A stretch of 64,000 nt of DNA from the human T2T-CHM13v2.0 reference genome, Homo sapiens (GCF_009914755.1 NC_060931.1); one strand, 5' to 3'; positions 27,201 to 41,479 are shown, counted from the stretch's first letter. Numbers and translations are program-made. Notes: generated by a model from the sequence alone, not told the origin.

Positions 27201-29076
27201 ACCTGGACTCCCACACAAAAATAGTGGGAGACTTTAACACCCCACTGACAGTATTAGAAACATCACTGAGACCAAAAACTAACAAATATATTCAGGACCC
27301 AAATTCAGCTCTGGATTAAGTGGAACTGATAGATATCCATAGAATTCTTCACCTGAAAACATCAGAATATACACTCTTCTCATCATCATATGGCTCTTGC
27401 TCAAATCGATCACATATTTGGAAGTAAAACATTCCTCAGCAAATGCAAAACAACTGAAATCATGACAGTCTCTCAGATCACAGTTCAATCAAATTAGAAC
27501 TCAAGATCAAGAAATTCACTTAAACCACACAACTACATGGAAATTGAACAACCTGCTCCTGAATGACTCTTGGATAAATAACAAAATTAAGGCAGAAATC
27601 AAGAAGTTATTTGAAACTAATGAGAACAAAGAGACAATGTACCAGAATCTCTGGGACAGATAAATCAGTGTTAAGAGGGAAATGTATTGCACTAAAGGCC
27701 CACTACAAACCTCTGCTCAAAGAAATGAGAGAAGATACAAACAAATGAAGAAACATTCCATGCTCATGGGTAGGAAGAATCAATATTGTGAAAATAGCCA
27801 TACTGTACAAAGTAACTTATAGATTCAATGCTATTCCCATTAAACTACCATTGACGTTCTTCACAGAATTAGGAAAAAAAACTATTTTAAAATTCATATG
27901 GAACCAAAAAAGAGCCTGAATAGAAATAGACAAGACAATCATAAGCAAAAGGAACAAAGCTAGAGGAATCATGCTACCAGACTTCAAACTATACTTTAAG
28001 GCTACAATAACCAAAACAGAATGGTGCTGGTACAAGAGCAGACACATAGACCAATGGAACAGAATAGAGAACTCAGAAATAATACGACACACCTACAACC
28101 ATCTGATCTTCAACAAACCTGACAAAACAAGCAATGGGGAAAGGACTTCCTATTTACTAAATGGTGTTGGGAGAGTTGGCTAGCCAAATGCAGAAAATTG
28201 AAACTGGACTCCTTCCTTACACCATATACAAAAATTAACTCAAGATGGATTAAAGACTTACATGTAAAACCCGAAACTATGAACACCCTAGAAGAAAACG
28301 TAGGCAATCTCATTTAGGACATAGGCACAGGCAAAGATTTCATGACGAACATGCCAAAAGCAATTGCAACAAAAGCAAAAATTGACAAATGCAATCTAAT
28401 TAAACTAAAGAGATTCTGCACAGCAAAATAAACTATCATCAGAGTAAACAGACACCCTGTAGAATAGGAGAAATTTTTTTTGCAATCTATCTATCTGAAA
28501 AAGGTCTAATATCCAGAGTCTGCAAGGAACTTAAACTTACAACAAAAAAACAACCAGACAACCCCATTAAAAAGTAGGCAAAGGACGTGAACAGACACTT
28601 ATCAAAAGAAGACATACATGTGGCCAAGAAACATTTAAAAAATAGCTCAACATCACTGATCATTAGAGAAATGTAAATCAAACCACAATGAGATTCCATC
28701 TCATGACAGCCAGAATGGCTATTATAAGAGTCAAAAAACAATGGATGCTGGTAAGGTTGCAGAGAAAAAGGAACACTTTTACACTGTTGTGGGAGTGTAA
28801 ATGAGTTAAACCACTGTGGAAGACAGTGTGGTGATTCCTCAAAGGCCTAGAGGCAGAAATACCACTTGACCTAGCAATTCTATTATGGGGTACATACCCA
28901 AAGGAATATAAATCATTCTATTATAAAGATACATGCATGTGTATGTTCATTGCAGCACTGTTCACCATAGCAAAGACATGGAATCTACCTAAATGCCCAT
29001 CAGTGATAGACTGGATAAAGAAAATGTGGTGCATACAACATGGAATTATATGTTGGCATAAAAAGAAATGAGATCA

Positions 29077-29497
<421 letters not shown>

Positions 29498-29740
29498 TTA
29501 TAAGAGGGAGCTGAATGGTAAGAACACATGGACACATCACAGGGAACAAGACACACTAGGGCCTGTCAGAAGACGGTTAGTGGGAGGGAGAGCATGAGGC
29601 AAGAAAAGGTAATGAATGCTGGCTTGATACCTGGGTGATGGGATGATCTGTGCAGCAAACCACCATAGCACATGTTTACCTATGTAACAAACCTGCACTT
29701 CCTGCACAGGTGCCCTGGAACTTAAAATAAAAGTCGAAGA

Positions 29741-31068
29741 GCTCCCTCTCCCTCTCCCTCTCCCTCTCCCTCCCCCTCCCCCTCCCCCTCCCCCTCCCCC
29801 TGCCTCTGCCTCTGCCTCTGCCTCTCTGTCTCCCCTTTCCACGGTCTCCCTCTGATGCGGAGCCGAGGCTGGACTGTACTGCCGCCATCTCGGCTCACTG
29901 CAACCTCCCTGCCTGATTCTCCTGCCTCAGCCTGCCGAGTGCCTGGGATTGCAGGTGCGCGCCACCACGCCTGACTGGTTTTTGTATTTTTTGGTGGAGA
30001 CGGGGTTTCGCTGTGTTGGCCGGGCTGGTCTCCAGCTCCTGACCGCGAGTGATCTGCCTGCCTCGGCCTCCCGAGGTGCCGGGATTGCAGACGGAGTCTT
30101 GCTCACTCAGTGCTCAATCTTGCCCAGGCTGGAGTGCAGTGGTGTGATCTCGGCTAGCTACAACCTCCACCTCCCAGCCGCCTACCTTGGCCTCCCAAAG
30201 TGCCGAGATTGCAGCCTCTGCCCGGCCGCCACCCCGTCTGGGAAGTGAGGAGCGTCTCTGCCTGGCCGCCCATCCTCTGGGATGTGAGAAGCCCCTCTGC
30301 CCGGCCGCCCAGTCTGGGAAGTGAGGAGTGCCTCTTCCCGGCCGTCATCCCGTCTAGGAAGTGAGGAGCGTCTCTGCCCGGCCGCCCATCGTCTGAGATG
30401 TGGGGAGCGCCTCTGCCCCGCCGCCCCGTCTGGGATGTGGGGAGCGCCTCTGCCCGGCCACGACCCCGTCTGGGAAGTGAGGAGCCCTCTGCCCAGCCGC
30501 CACCCCGTCTGGGAGGTGTACCCAACAGCTGATTGAGAACGGGCCATGATGACGATGGCGGTTTTGTCGAATAGAAAAGGGGGAAATGTAGGGAAAAGAA
30601 AGAGAGATCAGATTGTTACTGTGTCTGTGTGGAAAGAAGTAGACATGGGAGACTCCATTTTGTTCTGCACTAAGAAAAATTCTTCTGCCTTGGGATGCTG
30701 TTAATCTATAACCTTACCCCCAACCCCCTGCTCTCTGAAACATGTCTTGTGTCCACTAAGGGTTAAATGGATTAAGGGCGGTGCAAAATGTGCTTTGTTA
30801 AACTGATGCTTGAAGGCAGCATGCTCCTTAAGAGTCATCACCACTCCCTAATCTCAAGTACCCAGGGACACAAAAACCGCGGAAGGCCGCAGGGTCCTCT
30901 GCCTAGGAAAACCAGAGACCCTTGTTCACATGTTTATCTGCTGACCTTCCCTCCACTATTGTCCTATGACCCTGCCAAATCCCCCTCTCCGAGAAACACC
31001 CAAGAATGATCAATAAATACTATAAAAAAAATAAAAAATAAAAAAAATAAAGTTGAATCAAAGAAAAA
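29741..31068 (+). mobile_element. SVA retrotransposon (older, A/B-like), full structure
   Basis: (CCCTCT)n hexamers, Alu-like domain, GC-rich VNTR about 30210-30520, SINE-R, AATAAA, poly-A; TSD AAAAGTCGAAGA at 29729-29740 and 31069-31080. Confidence 0.95.
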
Positions 31069-31839
31069 AAAAGTCGAAGAAAAAAAAAGAAGATAACCAT
31101 TTGAATTGCCTCATCAGGTGGCTTGTTATGGGAGAATGTATATTTCCAAGACTCTTGAAATTAAAGAGAGTGAGCTATCATAAACAGTGAGCTCCTAGAC
31201 AGAAATAATTTAGAGTATGTGATAGTAAGCACACCTGTCAAGGCTCTCTCCTTTGAAGAAAATGTAATGAGGAGGACTCTGAAAGAAATTAGAGCATGTA
31301 CACACAAAGATTCAAAATCAATCAACATTATTATTACAAAAGCTGAGAGCAGAATTAAAAGAATGCCTGTGCTTGGAATACTTGTTATGGAGAATTTTAA
31401 TTTGCTAAGAAAATGGATGAGACACTACAGTATTTTGAAGTGATACTTCCTTCTGATCATCAGAACAGGAGCAAAGGAAGAATATTTAAAATTGAAAGCT
31501 TTTATATAATTCTTACTGTGTTTTGGGCATTTCAAGTGGGTTCATTTTCCAAGTAGAAAATATTCAGCATCTACTTAGAATGCCTTATTTTATGGAAGAG
31601 TAAACTGAAGTAGAGAGAAGATACATAATTTTCTTCATGTCACATGGCTAGTAAATGGAGGAAAGAGGGATTCAAACACAAGAATTTGGGGACTGGATTC
31701 CTTTTAACCATTTATAAACTATTATAACCAAAATTAAAAATATAGGTTCATTAAAATGGAAGAGGAACAAGACTTCCTTAGGAATAGTTCTAACTTCTTA
31801 GAAGACATATTTCTCATATGAAAGAAAGAGGAGGTTCTC

Positions 31840-32165
31840 GGCCGGGTGTGGTGGCTCACACCTGTAATCTCAGCACTCTGGGAATTTGAGGCAGGCGGAT
31901 CACTTGAGCTCAGGAGTTTGAGACAAGCCTCGGCAACATAGTGAGATCCCATCACTACTAAAAATAAAAAAAAATTATCTGGGGATTGGTGGTGCATGCC
32001 TGTGGTCCCAGCTACTCGGGAGGCTGAGGTGGGAAAATCACTTGAGCCTAGGGGGTAGGGGTTGCAGTGAGCCAAGAGCATGCTACTGTATTCCAGCCTA
32101 GGTGACAGAGTGAGACCTCACCCCCAATTAAAAAAAAAAAGAAAGAAAAGAAAAGAAAGAAAGAA
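31840..32165 (+). mobile_element. AluJ
   Basis: Alu consensus with AluJ-type CACTTGAGCCTAGG; A/GAAA tail. Confidence 0.88.
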
Positions 32166-32890
32166 GAGGCTCTCATATCCAGGAAAGATCAATTTTAGAG
32201 GGAAGAGGAAATGCACTCAGGGTCAACTGCTCTCAAGGAGTTATTAGAAGAGATTTATTTTGGTTGTTACTAAGGCAGGCAAGATAACTGGATGTAAAGA
32301 ATCTTCATGGAGGAAAAACAAAGATACAGGATCTCAGAGGGGAGACTAGATAAACTTTACAGAGGAAGACAGGATTTGGGGATTTGTTAAGGAATGACTT
32401 AAAATCAACACTATATAAAGGGTTATATGCAATTTGGACATTTTTGAGAAGAGATGCCCTGAGACATCAATTGAAGACTCTCAAATTATTTGATGTTCAG
32501 CTCTAGCCTGTGCTTGAAAGGAGCCTGCTTAATTATTTTTAAAATTATGAGTCTTAAGAAAGTGTAAGAAAGATGGAACATATTAAAGGAAAAGCAGGCA
32601 AACAAAAAATGAGAATACCTTTTAGATACAATTGCTCAACCAAGGAAATTAAAGATATTCAATATTTATCTTAATAGTGCTTGCTTTAGAGGATCCAGAC
32701 ATTGTTAATTGCACATCTCTCAATAGAGAAGACCACAGAGATCAAATCTAGAATATTTTGAAAAGACTAGTGACAAGTACAAACATAAAATTTAAGAAGG
32801 AATTTAATTCTAGTGAATATTGCTAATACTACATGTGCTTGAGAAAGAACAGGACAAATTTACAAAGCCTTTCAAACTTCTAGAAATTCA

Positions 32891-33201
<311 letters not shown>

Positions 33202-33508
33202 AGTAGTGAGCCAACTCTTTATTCAGTAGGGGATCCTGTCCGCTAAGGAAAAGGTAATGGAAGGGCATATTCGATTCAGGAGAATGCTAGCTAGCCCAAT
33301 AAGCTGCAAAGCTCAGCCCCTTCTTTACCAGAATCAAAGCTCACATTTCCACTTCAGTTGATCTGACATGAGTATTTTTCTCTCAGGTGTTTTGAATCTT
33401 AGGTCAGAAAGAGTGGTTACCCCTGCGCATGACCACTGTGCCAATGTAACACAGCATATATTACTTTGGGTCTTGACAAAGGGCTCATTTTTAGTGACTG
33501 AGTCCTTC

Positions 33509-33527
33509 TGGCCACCAGGAGACACTT
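33509..33527 (+). promoter_or_regulatory. Candidate CTCF site (weaker)
   Basis: TGGCCACCAGGAGACACTT, positionally homologous to the sites at 7844 and 13034. Confidence 0.5.
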
Positions 33528-34426
33528 CAGTGCCACAACCACTCACTGACACTTTAGAGTTGCTAAGAGGACTGTCAGGCCATGGGAAACTAAGAAGAAG
33601 CTCAGGCTTGGTACCTGAATCATGAGTCCTACCTGTTGAGCACTGAAAAAGCACTGGAAAGAGAAGGGAGGACCCAAAAACTTCTAAACCTGTGCGAATG
33701 GGCTAAGACCAATAGTGAGGTTGGGATTTTAGGCAAGTTTGGGATGGTTGTCAGACAAAGAAGCCACTGATATACCACTAGTACAATGCAGTTCGAATTA
33801 CAATAAAAAGTTATAGGGGGTTTTTTTGGGTCAGAAAGAGAAGAAGTAAAAGAGCACACATGATTCCTATCTCCTTTTATCCTCCAAACTAACTCTCACT
33901 AACCCACAGAAATGTTTTCATAGGTGGCACAAAGGTAGGCTGCAACAATTGTGGCCAATATTATGGTAGAGAAGGACCCTGCCCTGTAATGCTCAACATA
34001 TTAATGTTACGTGAGAGTGGGACAGGATCATCTCTGTGACAGTATAGTCACAGAAGCCTCTTCCTGCTCAAATAAGTGGCCTTCATTAAAAGAAACACAG
34101 AAGAATCTTGTTTCATAAGCTAATGCCAATCACTGAGACAGCAACGGTTTCAGGAACATGAGGGAAGCTGTTGGAATGGGCTTTCCTTTAAACCTAGCCT
34201 GGTTCCATCATGCTGATGTGGTGGGGGCTTTAAGTCAGGGCCTGAGAAGGACAGCCTAACTGTGGTATAAGTCAGAGGGCTCCTCATTCCTCATAAGCCG
34301 ACAAATACATTAATATCATCAGAAAAATTACCAGGGCCTGTGGTGTCCCAAATTCTGATTTCATTTTCCATTGAAGATCAGAGCACAGAGGAAGGAGATA
34401 CCTCACTCATGTGCTCTTCTTGTTAT

Positions 34427-34892
34427 ATGCTCACAGTTTCTTTGTTTCATGACTCTGTACCCTGGAAGAGGTTAGACCTGGATATGCTAAAAAAAAATTT
34501 TTTTAATCCCTATCCTAGAATATTGTGGCCTTGAATCAAAGTGTTTTCTATGTTTGTGTTTTCATCTTCCTTCCTAAGCCCTATATCTAGGTTTTGCCTT
34601 CTCCATCCACAAATCTCAGGATGCTATGGAGTCTGAAGACACCTGATTGCAGAAAGCACAAGACCCCCCACCAGCACACACACATACACAAACAAATACA
34701 GGACCAGAAAGGAGTGGTTACTGCTGATTCTCTAACATTACAAAAATATCACGGTTGTAACTTCTCACCCTGCCAGTCATATGTTTCTCTGTCACTTGAC
34801 ATACTCCCCTCTTTGGGGTGTTGGAGGAAAAATCTCTGTGCCAACAGCAGAGACATGGAACTAGTGTGTCACATCCACTCTATGAACAGAAT
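34427..34892 (+). pseudogene. TRBV relic, TRBV15-like, upstream of TRBV12-5
   Basis: GATGCTATGG at 34620 (TRBV15 has GATGCCATGG); CTTGACAT at 34795; TGTGCCAACAGCAGAGACA 34837-34855 matches the TRBV15 3' end at 18/19; leader-like segment ending CCTGGAAGAG|GT at 34471. Confidence 0.72.
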
Positions 34893-35754
34893 TCTTACTA
34901 CTATTTATACCCTAAAAAGCAGGCCATTTTCTAGAGTTTCACCCCCTCACCAGAAAGAATTTATTTGTGAGTATTGGTTGACTTACTATAACAAGAGACT
35001 CAAGTGTTAATCATTAAAGGAACCTGTTAGTGCTTTCTTAGAAGTAAGAGGAAGATCACATTTAACTGGAGAGTGCCTTATTGTGGTTTTCAAGGAAGGT
35101 CAAAGCTCTTACTTATCACTGCTCAATCTTCACCCATGCCCAAAGAATTAACATAATTTTGAACCTTACCCTGGAGAAGCGAAATGGGACCTTGTCCTCC
35201 AGAAATGCAGAAGACACTGTGCTGTGGGCTGGGGGAGTCACGGAGCACGAGAGTATCCATCTCCAGCCCTCACTGGAAATAAAATCTGCACAGTTCTATC
35301 TCTTTCCAGGGCAGCCACCTTGTTCTCTGCATGAGGAGCATGGAGGTCCAGATGCTTCCAGGAGGGATCTGGGGCAAAGCTCTAACTAAGCAACACATTA
35401 TTTTGATTTTGTGTGTCTGGGATATAAGGATGGCCGGTAAGGGGAACAATAAAGTTCTTGAGATTTCACAAGTAATTTATTGATGTCCAGAATTTGAGGT
35501 GCTGATGGTACACCTAAGTGGCAATATGCACCAGGCAGATCAATATGTGACGCGTCAGAGAAAGCAGAATGGGTGATGTGATGTGCAATGCCACAGAAGC
35601 ACTGCAGCCAGGAGAGGTGACAGCTAATGGGGATGTTTGGAGTCTTTGAGTGAACCAAACACATCCCAGAGTAATTGTAATTTATTTCAGTCAATCTTCT
35701 GTACAGACTTAGCATTCACCTTTGGAGGAAGGTCCTTTGAGCAGGGACAGAGAT

Positions 35755-35767
35755 GGTGATGTCACTG
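35755..35767 (+). promoter_or_regulatory. Vbeta promoter CRE decamer (TRBV12-5)
   Basis: GGTGATGTCACTG about 110 bp upstream of the ATG. Confidence 0.8.
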
Positions 35768-35872
35768 ACAGTCCCCCTTTTACTCTGGGTGAGAGGTCTA
35801 GAATCCTCAGCTCCTGTATTCGTGCCCACAAGGGCCTCATCTAGGTGAAGGCTCCACCTGCCCCACCCTGCC

Positions 35873-36319
35873 ATGGCCACCAGGCTCCTCTGCTGTGTGG
35901 TTCTTTGTCTCCTGGGAGAAGGTGAGTCCCCACAAATAAAGCACCTGCATTTTTGGATATTGCCAGTTATGATTCCAATTATGTTTCTTATTCTGTCCCC
36001 AAATTCTATCTCTTTTCACAGAGCTTATAGATGCTAGAGTCACCCAGACACCAAGGGACAAGGTGACAGAGATGGGACAAGAAGTAACAATGAGATGTCA
36101 GCCAATTTTAGGCCACAATACTGTTTTCTGGTACAGACAGACCATGATGCAAGGACTGGAGTTGCTGGCTTACTTCCGCAACCGGGCTCCTCTAGATGAT
36201 TCGGGGATGCCGAAGGATCGATTCTCAGCAGAGATGCCTGATGCAACTTTAGCCACTCTGAAGATCCAGCCCTCAGAACCCAGGGACTCAGCTGTGTATT
36301 TTTGTGCTAGTGGTTTGGT
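35873..36319 (+). CDS. TRBV12-5: TCR beta variable 12-5 (leader 35873-35921, V exon 36022-36319)
   Basis: Leader [16 protein letters not shown]; V exon [35 protein letters not shown]...YFCASGL. Confidence 0.95.
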
Positions 36320-36358
36320 CACAGCGCTGCAGAATCACCTGCTCCCTGTGCAGAAACC
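36320..36358 (+). other. 23-RSS of TRBV12-5
   Basis: CACAGCG + 23 nt + GCAGAAACC. Confidence 0.95.
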
Positions 36359-38249
36359 CTGGTGCTTCCTCTTCTCCTCCAGTACCCAGCAGCTCTCAGC
36401 AGCCTTTCTTGCTCCTCCCCTAGCACAGGAAGTACATAGGTTTCGTGTTCCACATGTCCCTAGGCAAGGCAAGAACAGGTCATAAGGACACATCACGTTA
36501 GGAAACTTTTGGTAGGAAGTCAGTGGGTGTGATGGTTCCTGGGATTCCACACATACTTCTCACAAGGGTGCCTGAGTCCAAGTTTGAGGGCGAGTGTCAC
36601 AGACTGGAGCTTTCAAGTGATTGAGTGAGCTTAAAACTGTGCAGCCATTGCACATGGATGCTTATCTCCTTTGCTGCTTTCCGTTATGGCTTCTTTGCCA
36701 TTTCTTTTCTCTTCTACCTTAAAACTTTCAACATCTTTGATGACTTCCAACATCAATATTGGCTTCCCAGTTTTTTCACTTGCTCACTTCAAATGATCAT
36801 TTCCTTCACCTTGTGTCAGATATTCATTTCCACTTTCTTTTTCTAGATTCCAATGACAAATTATTTGAATTACCCCCAAATAGTTTCCTCAAGCATCCCA
36901 TTGTCTCATGCGGGCTTCTCTTTTCATCTCTGGTACTACTTCTGCAGCAATTCTTCAACCCCATCAGGACCACTAATTGACTTCTCCTGCAAATATTGCA
37001 CCATATATCATCTCCTCATGTACTATATTCCTTATCTGACTTAGACTATGTGTTCCAAGGTGATTGTGAAATTTTGCATATGTCTTCAGCTCTTTTCTTT
37101 TTCTGTTTCTTACCTGGAAAATAAAATGGGGCCTACTCTGTGCCCCTTTCAATGACACAGAGAACATAAAATGTCCCTTACCCTTGTCAAGCAGTATTAT
37201 AACGATACAGTGTGTCTTGAGGTCTGTAAGTCCCTCTATGCATATAAAATTATATACTTTTCTTCTATTAAAATAATTTGTTACCTTTTAATGAGTTCAT
37301 CAGTTTCATCTTTCAATTATAGTTATACTTTTGACAATTATAGAAGTACTAAAAAAAGTTATGCACCCAGAATGTATGATTCTATCACTTTTATGTGTGT
37401 GCGCACTTCACTTCATACGTACAAAAAAGTTAAAAGAATGCCGAATAGGCATATTTATCCATTCTCTTGTAGGAATGATAAAGATGAACTTCCAAGGGGA
37501 AAATATTTTCAAAATAATCCATGGCACATAAAATTATTTAAGAAAAAATAAATCAATAAATATCCCTGTTAAGTTTATATATAGTTTTATATGCTTGGGT
37601 AAGGAAGAAAAAAAGTTGTGATATATTTTGCTGGTTATTTGGAGTGATAAAATATAGAAAGAGCAGAAAGAACATGATTAGCTTTGTCTTTGTTTAAAAT
37701 TTTTGCTTTTTAAATTTGATACACTATTTACCATCAAAATTTAAAACAACACCACTGCTATAAAACAATATACAGACAAACTAAAAAGAAAAAGGAATTT
37801 ACTATGTAAAAAAAAAAAAAAAAAAAAAGCGAGAGCTTAGAGGCAGAGTATTAAGGGGAATTTAAAATTATAAAGACCTGTAAGTTTTCAGAGCGGTATA
37901 GGCCTCACAGCTGGAGCTGGGATTTTAATGTCCATATGAAAGAGATGACAGAAAACAGCCAGAATTACATTGCTTGCCTTAATCCTGGAGCTTCAAAATG
38001 CTCCCAGGCTTTATAAAGTAAAAGTATTACACCCCAAAGACCCAGAAACATAATTGGAAACTGGATGTTTGGTCAGGCCTTTGGGTGATAGATAAAAAGG
38101 AAAAGTTAGGAGAGAAAAATTGAATCTTCAGACTGTGTCTCACATGTGTTTGGAATGAAATATACTCTGCATGGAATGTACACCATATACCCAAAAACTG
38201 ACAAAAAGGTCCATAACCATTAAAACCCTTGGAGACCCTGGCATTAAGA

Positions 38250-40260
38250 GATTCAATACGGTTCTGGAGTAAACTTCTGCTTCCAACCAAGATAGATTAA
38301 CGGGAATTAGATTTAACTTCTTGCTTGAAACAGCTAACACCCCAACCCCCACCCTGTCCCCCTGCACACACACATTCACACAACATGTGGAATAACGGTT
38401 GTCAAGACATTGGAAGTAGGCAACAGAAGACAGTGATCTCTGAGAGATGGAAACAACCAAGCTGAGAACTATGACTGTCTTAATACCTGGAGGGAGTTTC
38501 CAGGCCCTGGGCCAGAAAGAGGAATCCAAGCAGAGCTGGGTGATCTCACTGAGCTGAGTCAGAGTTGGAAATACAAGATCAAAGCAGCTAGATTTCACAT
38601 GACAGGCCATTGAAAAGGCGATTGCTGCACAGAGAGAATCCTGGAGACCTTCCTAGGGTCTCCCTTAACCCTTCAGCTGTGCTGTAAGCAGTACATGTGT
38701 GAGGAAACTCCCTAAGGTTGGAGAAAGAGCCACTCAGCAAGATTAGAGGAAACAATGCCTGGAGCTCACAAAGGGCTGAGAGTAATATATACATATATTA
38801 CTCTCATATATATATGTATATGTATATTTTTGCATTGAGAATGGGAAACTTAATAATTCATGGGTCAATCAGTAGAGGTTTCAGATGACTTATGCCTCAG
38901 TATAAAAGCAAAATAAGCCCTTCACTAAATAAGCCACATTTGGCTCCTGGCCTATGTGGGTGAGACTTCAAAATATCAAACTGTTTCCGAGTAACTTAAG
39001 TCTCAGAGCAAAACTAAAGAATATTTCTAATGTACAAGAATACCTGTTCGGAGATATCAGTATGAATTTATTGTTTTTAAACGTATAGATACAATGGTAA
39101 AGAAATGAATACATACCTGTGTGAATAATGGGTTGGTATATATACATGTATTTCATACTTCTGTCCACTTAGAAGACCACTAGTGCACAGATGTTTGTTG
39201 CCAAATATTATTCTCCAATTAAAAAAAAATGAAAGGTGGTTCTAGGACCCTGAGGTAAAAAATACAAGAATGTTGTAATGAGGTTTTCCAAAAAAAAAAA
39301 AAAAAAAAAAAAGGATGGGACATATCTCAAAAGGACAGAGGAATCAATCTGAAAGAGCTTCCCCAATGACTAAGGCTGGAACAATTTGTAAAAGAAAATT
39401 CACAAGTTCACACTGAGAATGAAACGATTAAATAAATAAATAAATAATAAAAAATGTGAGAAAGGACAATCTCTTACTGAAGAATTCCAAATTGCATATG
39501 TAGAAGAAACAGAGGGAAATAGAAAAGTCACTGTGACAACACCACTGTGAGTAACTGCCACACATAAAACCCAATAGTGAGTGCTAAAATTAGTGGGTGT
39601 AGCTAATTTTAATTATTAATTAATAACTAATAACTTTAATAACTAATTAAGAAGAAATGGATCATTTGTACAGTCACAAAGTGTCATCCCCAAAATATTA
39701 ATTAATATGGTGGTTTTAACATATGCCCACACATTCTTTTATACTCATCCCTCTAGATTCCCCTCTCCTGGATTCAGTGGCCTGCCTCTAATGAACAGAC
39801 ATGGGAAATAGAAAAATGGTAACCGAGTGACCAAAGTAAATAAACATGACCCATAATAAGTCTTGTTAACCTCATGTGCATTCTCTTATGATGCAATGTT
39901 GTGATGTTATCATGTGACTACATATCTGTAATATTCCTCCCCCAAATCTATAATTCCTGTCTAATAATGAGAAAGCATCAAACAAATCCAAACTGAAAGA
40001 GATTCTACAAAACACCTGACCAGTAATCTTCAAATGTCAATATCGTTAAAAACAAGGAAAGAGCTGTCACAAATTGAAGAACACTAAGAAGATATGACAC
40101 TTAAATGCAGTATGGGATCCTGGATTAGGTGCTAGGGCAGGAAAAGGTCATTATTAGAAAAACTGGGGAAATCTGAGTACAGTCTAGCTTAGTTGTGCCA
40201 ATGTCAAATTCTTAGTTTGTGTGATGTTAGCACTAGTGGGTGTTGGATGAAGGATATAAA
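38250..40260 (+). mobile_element. Old L1M fragments
   Basis: L1M-like 5' and 3'UTR motifs (AAACAAATCCAAACTGAAAGAGATTCTACAAAA, GGGATCCTGGATTAGG). Confidence 0.55.
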
Positions 40261-40414
40261 GTCACTTGGTAGTATTGTTATAGCTACAGGACATCAATTC
40301 TCCAGCTTTGGGTCACCTGAGTCCCTATCAAGCCAATTTGTGAAGCTGCTGTTAGTTGTCCTTACTCCCCAGTCTTGGAGCTCTCAGTTAGACCTAGAAT
40401 CAACCTCTTCTTCC

Positions 40415-40745
40415 TCTTGACCTCTGCTTCACTGCATCCTAAACGTGGTGAGGTGGAGGGGTGCTGAGGGAGGCTGAGCAGAAGCCCATCATTCAGAAGC
40501 CCATCACTAGAGCTTCTCTGATGATTCTCTGAGACAGGGGCTCCCTCTGTAGTCTCCTTTGTGCACAATCCCAAGCACGCTGGGCCACACAGACTCCACC
40601 AAAGCTAGTTTTGTGAGGAGGCAAATATTGAGGCTCCATTGTGAAGAGAATGTCCATGTCAGATTTAAGTACAAAAGATTAAAGTTGATGCATTACTATT
40701 GCAGGAAAATGATACCTGTGAGAATTTCCAAAAGCCAGATTTTGT
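40415..40745 (+). pseudogene. TRBV relic upstream of TRBV14, interrupted by an MLT1 LTR
   Basis: Leader-end-like CTGCATCCTAAACGTG|GTGAGG (GT at 40448); AG-xTQTP at 40579-40598; then LRLHCEENVH...YK...LKLMHYY at 40628-40699. Confidence 0.62.
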
Positions 40746-40748
40746 ATT

Positions 40749-41228
40749 GTGTGGCTGGCTGAGTAATACCCCTCCCCACAAAGACATTCACATCCTAATC
40801 CCTGGGATCTGCCTCTGTTTCCTTAGATGGTGAGAGTAGACTTTACAGATGTGATGAAGTTAAGGATCTGGAGATAAGGAGATTATTTTGGATTAGCCTG
40901 GTGGCCCTCAATGCAATTACATGTGTCCTTATAAGAGATAGCCAGGGGGAGATCAGACACAAATGGAGAAGAGAAGGCAATGTGACCACAGGAGAAGAGA
41001 TTAGAGTGAGGTGACCACAAGCCAAGGAGTGAGGCAGCCACTAGAAACAGAGGCAAGGAACGAATCCTCTCCTATAGCCTCCAGGGGGAATACGGTCCTG
41101 ATGACACCTGGATTTTGGTCCATTGATACTGATTTTGGACTTTTCCAGAACTGTGAGAATAAATCTCTGTCATTGTAAACCAGCAACTTTGTGGTAATTT
41201 TTATAGCAGCCACTCAAAATTAACACAC
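40749..41228 (+). mobile_element. MLT1 (D-like) solo LTR
   Basis: TGTGG...GACTTTACAGATGTGATGAAGTTAAGGATC...CCAGAACTGTGAGAATAAAT...TAACACA. Confidence 0.85.
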
Positions 41229-41479
41229 TCCAATATGTCCAGTTAACCTGAGACTAGGCCAAGAAACTCATGTTCTTATAATATTTTCTGCAAACCTTGC
41301 TGTCATGTTTTTATCTGACACCCATCTCAAACTATAATGAAAGAAAATAATTTTGAGACTTCAATGTCCCCCTGTCTGGGGTGTGCCTTCCATAGTTCAT
41401 TGGAAAAGTCTAGTCTCCTTTCAAGATTTTATTCCAGCAGTACCTCCTCTTGAAAGAATTTTAGGCATTGTTTTATGTT

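Noticed and set aside
29537-29888. Gly/Arg-rich ORFs (GRGRGR, GGGG) on the minus strand
   Set aside because: They are the antisense reading of the SVA CCCTCT hexamer repeat.
30210-30520. Tandem repeats of about 40 bp that superficially resemble a CRISPR array
   Set aside because: This is the SVA VNTR: no unique spacers, and the DNA is human.
40533-40571. GACAGGG + 23 nt + GCACAATCC, RSS-like spacing
   Set aside because: It lacks the essential CAC and is not preceded by a YxC motif; it is better explained as the intron end of the 40.4-kb relic.
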